Under the pieces are notes generated by a model that saw nothing but the letters and a program-made list of their open reading frames with translations, ran no database searches and was not told where the DNA came from. DNA of 64,000 nucleotides, taken from the NCBI GenBank assembly GCA_040900375.1, contig JBBDZC010000008.1:2182-66181 (forward strand), given 5' to 3'. Positions within the stretch are counted from its first letter, which is position 1, and every line of letters starts with the position of its first letter. The stretch comes from Candidatus Anderseniibacteriota bacterium (lineage in GTDB: Bacteria; Patescibacteriota; Andersenbacteria; UBA10190). The position numbers were made by a program, and so were the translations under genes. Shown one piece after another: positions 22,303 to 33,636 of this stretch.

Positions 22303-22373
22303 GGGCCTGTAGCTTAGTGGTAGAGCAGCCGGTTTGCATCCGGCAGATAGCGGTTCGATTCCGCTCAGGTCCA
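22303..22373 (+). tRNA. tRNA-Ala(TGC), CCA not encoded
   Basis: G3:U70 pair in acceptor; GCCGG-TTTGCAT-CCGGC. Confidence 0.96.
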
Positions 22374-22478
22374 CACTTCACTCGCCAATCTAGTGTGGCG
22401 CTCATGCGACTTCCAATAATTTACATTAAGGTCCACAACATCAGTCATTTGCGCTATACTATAGGGGAAGAAATTACT

Positions 22479-22733
22479 ATGGTCAGTTTCTTACGAAGTA
22501 ACCGTAGGCGTCGCTGGAAGATGGAGCGGGCGAGTGTGCACCGGCGGCACGTACGCCGTCCTCGCAGTAATAAGTTCTCGGGTGGTGATCATGAGGCACT
22601 CCCGCAACAACATGCCCGGCAGCAAGTATGGGTGGGAGGCTACTGGCGAAGCGACGGGGTATATGTTAAGGGTCACTATCGCCATAATGCCCAGTGGTGG
22701 CCACAGAAGCGGGCAGTAAGGAAAACGTCCTAA
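22479..22733 (+). CDS. small Arg-rich protein with VWVGGYWRSDGVYVKGHYR motif
   Basis: ATG 22479; YXWGXW-like repeat motif; terminator 22722-22747. Confidence 0.6.
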   Translation: MVSFLRSNRRRRWKMERASVHRRHVRRPRSNKFSGGDHEALPQQHARQQVWVGGYWRSDGVYVKGHYRHNAQWWPQKRAVRKTS

Positions 22734-22836
22734 AGGGGCGTTTTTTTGACAACGGGGTGCTTTTTCGCTACACTATAAGGTATTGCTGCAAGAATCTTTC
22801 TGTAATCCTTTCGAGAGGAGGTGACCGACCTACGAT

Positions 22837-23592
22837 ATGCCCTCACATTTCTTAGATGGAGTTGATGCTGGTCCTGTAAACGGAGGTGCTTCTAATCCTC
22901 TCACGTCTTGGAGTGACGCGATTGTTAGCTCACTGCAAGATTTATGGTTCCAGTTTATTAGCTTCATCCCCAACTTAGTGGCAGCACTCGTTGTCTTCTT
23001 TATTGGGTGGGCAATTGCAATCGCTATCGGTCGCCTAGTAGAAAAACTATTGGTAATTCTCCGTATCAACCAAGCTTTTGAGAACGTCAAAGGCTTGCGC
23101 GACGCGGCAGAGCGCGCCAATCTTAAGATTAACATTCCTCGTCTTTTCGGCGAGATTGTGAAATGGTTCTTAATTCTTGTTACTCTCTTGGCCACAACCG
23201 ACATCTTGGGCTTAAACGACGTGGCAGAGTTCTTACGCCAAGTCCTTGAGTATATCCCGAATGTTGTCGTGGCGGCTTTGATCTTGGTGATTGCTGTAGT
23301 CCTCGCTAACTTTGTGTATCGCACGGTAGCCGCTAGCGTCAGCGCGGCGGGCTTTACCAGTGCATCTGCAGTCGCAGCGGTGAGCAAATGGTCTATTCTG
23401 ATCTTTGCTATTCTCGCGGCGTTATTGCAGCTCAACGTGGCAGTTTCACTCATCCAAACAATTCTTACGGCCTTCTTCGCGATGGTCGCGTTAGCCGGTG
23501 GTTTAGCGTTTGGCTTAGGTGGTAAAGATCTTGCCACCAAGTGGCTGCGAAAGATCGAATCTGATCTTTCTGGCAGAAACAAATTGTCCTAA
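22837..23592 (+). CDS. MscS-type TM-helix repeat membrane protein (CmpX-like)
   Basis: Two FIPNLVAAL/YIPNVVVAAL repeats, LAFGLGGKD; AGGAGGTG SD. Confidence 0.85.
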   Translation: MPSHFLDGVDAGPVNGGASNPLTSWSDAIVSSLQDLWFQFISFIPNLVAALVVFFIGWAIAIAIGRLVEKLLVILRINQAFENVKGLRDAAERANLKINIPRLFGEIVKWFLILVTLLATTDILGLNDVAEFLRQVLEYIPNVVVAALILVIAVVLANFVYRTVAASVSAAGFTSASAVAAVSKWSILIFAILAALLQLNVAVSLIQTILTAFFAMVALAGGLAFGLGGKDLATKWLRKIESDLSGRNKLS

Positions 23593-23706
23593 ATTCTCCG
23601 ACATGAGATTCCGCCACGCGCGGGACACAAAAGCAAAAGCAAAAAACGGTTACTAGTAGTAGGGCCGTTTTTTGTTGTATGATAGGGAGGATCTTTTATC
23701 CTTCAT

Positions 23707-24057
23707 GTGCACCTTTATATGCCGCGTAAAAAGAGAGCTCGTTCTCAAAAATCGAGTAAGTACCAAGAATTACCCCTCTTAGCCGTCAGTGTGGGTGTGA
23801 TATTTTTTATTCTACAGCTGCTGTTCTTGTTGTTTGTCTATAATCCGGCGGGGCCGCTCTTGGGGATTATTACAGCCCTGTGGGTCGGCGGCGGCATTGT
23901 TTTTGCTACCGGAGTCGTCGGCGCTATCCGGGAATCACGCTGGTCGCTCCTCCTGCTCTCGGCGCCAGCCTTTGCTTTCGGCGCCTTTTGCGTGCTCTCT
24001 TTCCTGTCTGGCTTTGGACAGCTGGTGGCCCAGTGGCTGACAACAGTAAATCTATAA
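23707..24057 (+). CDS. 3-TM membrane protein
   Basis: Basic N-terminus plus hydrophobic helices. Confidence 0.65.
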   Translation: MHLYMPRKKRARSQKSSKYQELPLLAVSVGVIFFILQLLFLLFVYNPAGPLLGIITALWVGGGIVFATGVVGAIRESRWSLLLLSAPAFAFGAFCVLSFLSGFGQLVAQWLTTVNL

Positions 24058-24076
24058 GGCACCGGCACTGATCGAC

Positions 24077-24105
24077 TTGACACCTTTTCGGGGCTTTCGT
24101 ATATT
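24077..24105 (+). promoter_or_regulatory. sigma70 promoter for 23S-5S unit
   Basis: TTGACA-17 nt-TATATT. Confidence 0.7.
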
Positions 24106-24741
24106 ACATTATACAAATATGCAGATTATTTCTAACTGCAAGATCCCACGAAGCGGCTAAAGACTTTTCTTTATTTGCTGGTTTACAGCCGCCGCTTCCT
24201 CTGGAGCGGCTTTCTGTTTTTCCCCCAGAAAAACAGCCCTGGAGAGCCTCGCAAGAGGTACTAGGAGCCCCTCCTTCCCGTTGGGTTTCTTACCCGCCGG
24301 GACACTCGGACACGAACGAGTGCAAGCTACAGCAGAGTAATTATTACACTGGTGGATCTCTCGTCTCTTTCTTCGCCCGCAATGATCGCTTTGCTGTGGT
24401 TTGCCTGATTGCCCTTTTGGCAACTAAATAGTGTCCTGTATCTTAAAAGAAATTAAGCTACGAGGATACATCAAGTGTAAATCAATTACACATTGCAAGT
24501 CCCGTACCAAACAGTGGTACTGGGCACATATCATGCTCTTTAAAATTAGAGCATGATGAACCGTAAACCGCCTGTCTTGCCGACAGGTTACTAATTGGTT
24601 TGCGGGCCGTCCGACGGTAAGGCGCACCGATCTTCAATAATAAGATCAGTCAACGCTAAGCTGGAGGCGGCACGATCACTGAAAGTAAAAATCAACATAC
24701 GACTAGCGATCAGATATCGCTAGCCAAAAACTCAAATGCAT

Positions 24742-28262
<3,521 letters not shown>

Positions 28263-28379
28263 AATGCATCTGAATTTTGGCTAGTGATATCTTGATTACT
28301 AGTTGATCGTGAACGCAGTGTGTGATTGATTTATGGTAGACCATCAAAGCTCTGAAGATTAACCGCTAATCTTCAGTCT

Positions 28380-28790
28380 TCGGTGGTTTTAGCGGTGGGG
28401 AAATCCCCGTAGTACATGCTTCGCATGACTACGGGACTTCCGCACCCGATCCTCGTACTTTTTCATTTCAGCTCATTATTCGCGGTGTCTTTAGCGAGAG
28501 GGAAACACCCGTTCCCATTCCGACCACGGAAGTTAAGCCTCTCAGCGCCGATGGTAGTTAGGATTATTACCCTAGCGAGAGTAGGTCGGTGCCGCGTATA
28601 ATGCGTTGAAAAGTACAAGGAAATCACGGAAGCATGCCCTGTATAGTGAATCCGTAGAATTCTACTGCGGGGTTAAGCCCACCAGCGCCGATGGTGTCCG
28701 CCGAAGCTTTAGCGTAGGTGGATGGTAGCCAACAAAGGCGAGAGCCAACCTTCGCACAAGGCTACGGCGGGGGTGCTAGGTCGGTGCCGG
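28380..28790 (+). ncRNA. outer, expanded 5S-rRNA-like RNA with five insertions, one of them a complete 5S
   Basis: Colinear 5S blocks CGGTGGTTTTAGCGGTGGGGAAA | CACCCGATCC | CACGGAAG | TTAAGCCCACCAGCGCCGATGGT | AGCC..GGCGAGAG | TAGGTCGGTGCCGG. Confidence 0.8.
28481..28596 (+). rRNA. rrf: 5S rRNA (inner, canonical)
   Basis: 116 nt; helix I CGCGGTGTC/GGTGCCGCG; CACCCGTTCCCATTCCG; GAAGTTAAG; AGCGCCGATGGTAG; GCGAGAGTAGG. Confidence 0.95.
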
Positions 28791-28797
28791 TTTAAAG

Positions 28798-28826
28798 AAA
28801 ATCCGTCCCTAAAGGACGGATTTTTT
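28798..28826 (+). terminator. rRNA terminator
   Basis: AAAATCCGTCC-CTAAA-GGACGGATTTTTT. Confidence 0.85.
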
Positions 28827-28870
28827 GTATATCACAGCGTAGTTCTGGTACTAGCCTGAAAAATAAAAGT

Positions 28871-28990
28871 CACCATGGGCTTATGCCCGTGGTATCGGGG
28901 GACTTTTGTCTGTGGCGTGCCGGCTCCGCCGGGACAGTGACAAAGCCCTTCATCCTCGGGCTTACGCCCGAGGTCTTACGGGCTCCAGAT
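28871..28990. mobile_element. possible IS200/IS605-type MITE remnant
   Basis: Two related hairpins CCATGGGCTTATGCCCGTGG and CCTCGGGCTTACGCCCGAGG about 80 nt apart, no ORF. Confidence 0.4.
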
Positions 28991-29089
28991 AAAGTGCGGC
29001 GGCTGTCACAGTGTTGTACCTGACCGACAAAATCATAATCTTTTTCTAGTGCGCATTCCCGCAGACATTGGTACGTTAACTATTGAAAA

Positions 29090-29383
29090 ATGATGAGCGA
29101 TACTTACACACAGCAATCAGAAATTTTTTCCCTGTCGCGCTTGGAGAAAACTCTTGAAGTTCTACTCGGTTTTCTCGGGCCATTGTTGCTCTTTGCCCTC
29201 TTTGTATTTTTTGACGCATTAGGCTTTGTAGTCTTGCGAGTCATTTTTATAATGGCAGTGGGTACTCTCGCTTTGTATTCTTACCTTTTAGCGCGGCGGG
29301 CTTACCCTTACTTTGCCGCCACGAATTTGTTAGCCCTGGTCAGTTTTATTGGCGTAACGCTCTATCTCTTCGCAGCTCGTTAA
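29090..29383 (+). CDS. 3-TM membrane protein
   Basis: Hydrophobic ORF. Confidence 0.6.
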   Translation: MMSDTYTQQSEIFSLSRLEKTLEVLLGFLGPLLLFALFVFFDALGFVVLRVIFIMAVGTLALYSYLLARRAYPYFAATNLLALVSFIGVTLYLFAAR

Positions 29384-29393
29384 AACGATAACT

Positions 29394-30809
29394 TTACGAA
29401 GCGGCATCGAGGCGGCGAATCATGGTTGTCAGAATAATTGGTGTCAGCAACGTGGTAATAATGACCATGATGACAATGACCGAGTAGACTGCATCCGAGA
29501 TGACGCCCAGTGTACTGCCCATCGCCGCAAAAATTAAGCCGACTTCACCGCGAGGGACCATGCCCCAGCCCACAATTGACTTCCTAACCTTGCCACCCGC
29601 GACTAGACCAGCGGCTAGTTTACCAATAAAGGCGGCGACGGTGATGCCTAAAGCTACGAAGAGGATAGTAGGGTTTAGCAGCGTGTCTAGCTTTACGGCC
29701 ATCCCCGTGACGACGAAGAAAATGGGTACGAGGAAGTGGCCGAGGGGCTCAATTAATTCATCAATGTGCCGATGGGCATGTGATTCTACGACCTGCAGAA
29801 TATTTTGCTTGTTGTCGAGGGTAATACCATCCATAGTTTGCCGAACCTCGTCAATAATGCGCGGACCCTTAAAGTGCCGAAAGTGTAATGGGTCGAGCAC
29901 TAAACCGGCGGCAAAGGCACCAACAATTGGCGCTAAACCAATGACACCGGCCAACCAGGCAAAAATTAAGCCGAAGCTAATAGCGAGGGTAAACTTCATC
30001 CCGGCACCGGTGTGAATCCGCGAAAAGAGCCGGCCGAGCCGAGGGGCTAGTAGCTGCCCCACGACAATGGCACCAACCAAAAAGAGGATGGCTTTGCCTG
30101 CGATCAGACTGATGGTGCCAAGACTCACTGCCCCTAGGGTTACGATTGCCGAGACAACAGCCAAGATAATGAGTCCCATAACGTCATCAATCACGGCTGC
30201 GCCTAGGACAATCTGCGCCTCGGGTGTCTGTAACTTACCGAGATCACGAAAGACCCGCGCTGTAATACCTACCGAGGTCGCCGTCAACGCTGCCCCTAAA
30301 AAGAGATAAGTATTCGCCGAGAGTCCTGGCAGTAGCCAGGGACCCACGAGATAGGTACCAAGGATAAAGGGACCGATGACCCCCACCATGGCTACCAAGA
30401 AAGCGCGCCAGCCGACCGATCGCAAAGTTTTAATATTCGACTCCAAGCCAATCTGGAAGAGTAGGATCACGACACCAAGTTCTGCTAAAAAGACGATGAT
30501 GGAGTCATGCCTAATCGGCTCGAACATTGTTAACCCCACTAGTGCCAGATTACCCAAGACGACTCCGGCAAGTAGCTCGCCTAAGACAGCGGGTTGCCCG
30601 AAACGTTCAATTAAACTGGAGAACTTAGCTACCAAAAGGATGATCGCAATCCACAGAAACGTGACTGCGGTATGGTGTCCTTGATCAGGACTGTGACTCG
30701 CGGCATAGGCTGCCGCGAGAGTTAAAACGATACAGATGAGACCGAGATAGGTGAGGGCGCCGACTCGGGACATCGTTCGGCGACGGAGACGGTCAGTAAG
30801 ATACATCAT
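29394..30809 (-). CDS. cation:proton antiporter (CPA2, NapA/Kef-like)
   Basis: GQPAVLGELLAG, LFQIGLE, ATSVGIT, AAVIDD, GMVPRGEVG. Confidence 0.93.
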   Translation of the reverse strand: MMYLTDRLRRRTMSRVGALTYLGLICIVLTLAAAYAASHSPDQGHHTAVTFLWIAIILLVAKFSSLIERFGQPAVLGELLAGVVLGNLALVGLTMFEPIRHDSIIVFLAELGVVILLFQIGLESNIKTLRSVGWRAFLVAMVGVIGPFILGTYLVGPWLLPGLSANTYLFLGAALTATSVGITARVFRDLGKLQTPEAQIVLGAAVIDDVMGLIILAVVSAIVTLGAVSLGTISLIAGKAILFLVGAIVVGQLLAPRLGRLFSRIHTGAGMKFTLAISFGLIFAWLAGVIGLAPIVGAFAAGLVLDPLHFRHFKGPRIIDEVRQTMDGITLDNKQNILQVVESHAHRHIDELIEPLGHFLVPIFFVVTGMAVKLDTLLNPTILFVALGITVAAFIGKLAAGLVAGGKVRKSIVGWGMVPRGEVGLIFAAMGSTLGVISDAVYSVIVIMVIITTLLTPIILTTMIRRLDAAS

Positions 30810-30970
30810 AACTTTACGTTCAGGTTATTTATAGAGATCTAAGAATAAATTACATGATGCACGAATGGAGTAACTATGCAAGATGGGCCATTTTTATTTT
30901 TAAGAGCGCTGACAAGATTGCCTTACTCTATTCAAAATAGGCATAGTTGCAGTACGCTGGGGGAACTACA

Positions 30971-31060
30971 GGAGACGTGACAGAGTGGCCGAATGTGCCG
31001 CACTCGAAATGCGGTAAGCCTTTACGGGCTTCGGAGGTTCGAATCCTCCCGTCTCCGCCA
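30971..31060 (+). tRNA. tRNA-Ser(CGA), CCA encoded
   Basis: GGAGACG/CGTCTCC acceptor, long variable arm, CCGCA-CTCGAAA-TGCGG. Confidence 0.96.
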
Positions 31061-31144
31061 GGAATACTTTTTATCGGCAGACCTGGGTGCCTACAAATCC
31101 AAAGCTTTAGGCATTTCAACTGAGTAATTGTTAAAATAGAAACT

Positions 31145-31747
31145 ATGAGAAAACTTATCGTCCTAGAGTTTATCACCCTTGACGGCGTTATGCAGGCGCC
31201 GGGCGGGCCGGAGGAAGACACATCCGGCGGCTTTAAATATGGCGGTTGGACCGTTCCATATTTTGACGAAAAGACGGGTGAGATTATGGGTAAGCAAATG
31301 AGTAAACCGTTTGATCTATTGCTCGGAAGCAAAACATACGATATTTTCGCTTCATATTGGCCAAAACACGAAGATTCATGGCCCGGGGTTAATGCGGTGA
31401 CGAAATATGTGGTGTCACATGAAGAAAAAGAGTTACGGTGGGGACCTGCCGAACTCATCACTGGCGATGTGGTCGCGAAGCTGCAAGAGCTTAAAGAGGG
31501 TGACGGCCCAGACCTGCAAGTGTACGGCAGCGGCAACTTAATACAGACACTCTTGAAGCACGACTTGGTTGATGAATTGTGGCTTAAAATTTTCCCTATA
31601 ACGCTCGGCCCAGGTAAACGTCTATTTGCCGAGGGTACGATTCCTGCAGCTTTCAAACTGACTGACAGCAAAGTTTCGCCTAGTGGTGTCATTTTTGCCA
31701 ATTACGAACGTGCTGGTGAAGTTAAAACTGGTTCTTTTGGGGAATAG
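31145..31747 (+). CDS. dihydrofolate reductase-family (RibD C-terminal) protein
   Basis: MRKLIV.EF.TLDGVMQAPGGP.ED, LLLG..TY.IF..YWP, GSG.L, LG.GKRLF. Confidence 0.9.
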   Translation: MRKLIVLEFITLDGVMQAPGGPEEDTSGGFKYGGWTVPYFDEKTGEIMGKQMSKPFDLLLGSKTYDIFASYWPKHEDSWPGVNAVTKYVVSHEEKELRWGPAELITGDVVAKLQELKEGDGPDLQVYGSGNLIQTLLKHDLVDELWLKIFPITLGPGKRLFAEGTIPAAFKLTDSKVSPSGVIFANYERAGEVKTGSFGE

Positions 31748-31797
31748 AAAAATTATGTGAATCTGCCGCCAAAGAAAATTAAACTAAAATCACTAAT

Positions 31798-32091
31798 ATG
31801 ATAAGAGAATATATCCAATACTTAAAAGACAACCCCGAAGGCTATTGGTTTAAAGCCAAACTCTTTGGCTGGGGCTGGGTGCCGGTGAAATGGCAGGGCT
31901 GGCTTGTCGTGGCCATCGGCATTGCTATTGGTAGTGCTGGTATCTACATCGGTGACATCGATGACGCTCCTGGCGCAGCGCTCATGGGCATCTTTCTCGC
32001 AATTACACTTATATTCATATTCGGGTACTGGAAGGGTGAGAAACCACGCTGGCAGTGGGGAGTGCCTAAAAAATACAAGTCGCAAAAGTAA
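31798..32091 (+). CDS. small membrane protein
   Basis: YWFKAK.FGWGW.P..WQGW motif plus 2 TMs. Confidence 0.75.
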   Translation: MIREYIQYLKDNPEGYWFKAKLFGWGWVPVKWQGWLVVAIGIAIGSAGIYIGDIDDAPGAALMGIFLAITLIFIFGYWKGEKPRWQWGVPKKYKSQK

Positions 32092-32115
32092 TTTACAATT
32101 AACTACAAGAACAGT

Positions 32116-32547
32116 ATGAACAAACCAAATCCAGTTATACACTTTGAAATGCCGTACGAGGATAGGGATCGCATGGCATCATTTTACGAACATGTGTTTG
32201 GTTGGCAGACAAATAAGCTGGGCTCCGAGATGGGAAACTATGTTGTCGCCATGACCTCCGAACGTGAGGATATGACTAAGTTTCCTGATAAGCCCGGAAT
32301 GATAGACGGCGGTTTTTTCAAGCGCGCGGAGGAGAACCAGCATCCGTCCGTCGTCATTTCCGTTCCCGACATTAAAGTAGCAATGGAAAAGGTAAAAAGT
32401 GCGGGTGGCACAGTCGTTGAAAGCTCGCTTCAAAACGGCGAGCCGATGGATATCCCCGGCATCGGCCGCTATGCCGGCTTCACCGACACCGAAGGCAACC
32501 GCGTGTCGCTGTTGCAGCCGGCGGAGATGGAGCAAGAAGAAACGTGA
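32116..32547 (+). CDS. VOC/glyoxalase-family protein
   Basis: HFEMP.ED..R...FY..VFGW; DIPGIG.Y..FTDTEGN. Confidence 0.9.
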   Translation: MNKPNPVIHFEMPYEDRDRMASFYEHVFGWQTNKLGSEMGNYVVAMTSEREDMTKFPDKPGMIDGGFFKRAEENQHPSVVISVPDIKVAMEKVKSAGGTVVESSLQNGEPMDIPGIGRYAGFTDTEGNRVSLLQPAEMEQEET

Positions 32548-32864
32548 TACGCGGACTGTATATGGAAAACAAGCGGCTTGCTCGTATTGCACTCGTGGTA
32601 GGGTTGCTGTTGCTACTACCGTTGTTCGGGAACATCTTTATCGACGGATGGAACTGGAGCTTCGGTGATTTTCTTGTCATGGGTTCACTGCTCTTTGGCA
32701 CGGGATTTGCTATTGACCTCGCAGTGAGAAAAATTGCCAACTCTGTCCATCGGTTCATCGTCATCATTGCTATCCTGCTCGCGTTTCTCCTCATTTGGGC
32801 GGGAATGGTTGCTAATGTGGGTGAAAGACTACTTGAACAGGTACTGTGCGGCGGCGTTTGCTAA
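32544..32864 (+). CDS. membrane protein
   Basis: WNW...DF.VMG.LLFG motif, 3 TMs. Confidence 0.7.
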   Translation: MIRGLYMENKRLARIALVVGLLLLLPLFGNIFIDGWNWSFGDFLVMGSLLFGTGFAIDLAVRKIANSVHRFIVIIAILLAFLLIWAGMVANVGERLLEQVLCGGVC

Positions 32865-32865
32865 T

Positions 32866-33105
32866 ATGATTAAAAGAGGAGCGGTGCACAACCTACCAAC
32901 TGATTTGCGAAAAGCCATCGCTTCTATACCGGCGGTACAGGCGGCCTGGGATGATATTACGCCGCTGGCTCGCAATGAGTGGGTATGCTGGGTTACGTCC
33001 GGCAAGAAGGCGGGGACGCGCACAATCCGCATTAAGAAGGCTGTCTCAAAGCTTAAGGGCGGAATGCGCCGGCCCTGTTGTTGGGCTGGGTGCCCGCATC
33101 GTTGA
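32866..33105 (+). CDS. YdeI/OmpD-associated family protein
   Basis: LP.DL..A....W..ITPLARNEW.CWV..K...TR..RI......L..G.RRPCCW.GC.HR. Confidence 0.85.
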   Translation: MIKRGAVHNLPTDLRKAIASIPAVQAAWDDITPLARNEWVCWVTSGKKAGTRTIRIKKAVSKLKGGMRRPCCWAGCPHR

Positions 33106-33124
33106 AAGAGTGTAATCACAAGGT

Positions 33125-33391
33125 ATGACGCTCAAAGCATTTTTCAAGCGAGAGAAATACGTTGCTTTGCACGCGCAATCGTTCAGATTCCGCATCGTCA
33201 AATATCTGGTGATTTTCGGCATCGCGTATGCGGTATATGCCTGGAAAGGGCTCGAAAGCTTGGGGCTACTGTTTCTTTTTTTGACGGTCGTAGCTCTCGG
33301 TATCCATTTCCTTTTCCGCTGGAAGACGCAGGCATGGACAAAATCGTGGGGACCGTATACGTACATTCCTCTGCCTCCTGATGAGCAGTAG
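33125..33391 (+). CDS. small membrane protein
   Basis: 2 TMs; HF.FRWKT.AWT.SWG C-terminus. Confidence 0.7.
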   Translation: MTLKAFFKREKYVALHAQSFRFRIVKYLVIFGIAYAVYAWKGLESLGLLFLFLTVVALGIHFLFRWKTQAWTKSWGPYTYIPLPPDEQ

Positions 33392-33636
33392 AAAAGGGTG
33401 GCTGCAATAAATAATTGAGGGGCAGACCCATAGTCATAGGGCGAATAGGCGACCTGGACGGGCTCGAGTCCCGGAGCCCCCGCCCTAAATATTAAGTATC
33501 GGATGACCCATGTGGGCTAAAGTCAAAAGAATATTCAGCGGCAAAAATAATGGCGGCTCAGCCGCGATAGAGAACCTGGGCGGCCCGCTCTTGCCCTTCT
33601 GGACAAAAAGGGGTTTTATAGGTACGTTTAAGCCTT

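Noticed and set aside
22830-23582. Long antisense ORF of 250 aa (also 2451..3044, 29500..30015, 30928..31701)
   Set aside because: Antisense shadows of well-supported genes.
28380-28790. Simple tandem duplication of 5S
   Set aside because: The 5' part of the second copy lies upstream and the 3' part downstream of the intact copy, so the copies are nested.
33419-33484. tRNA or tmRNA gene
   Set aside because: Only a degenerate T-arm/3'-end resemblance; no cloverleaf or tag ORF is visible.
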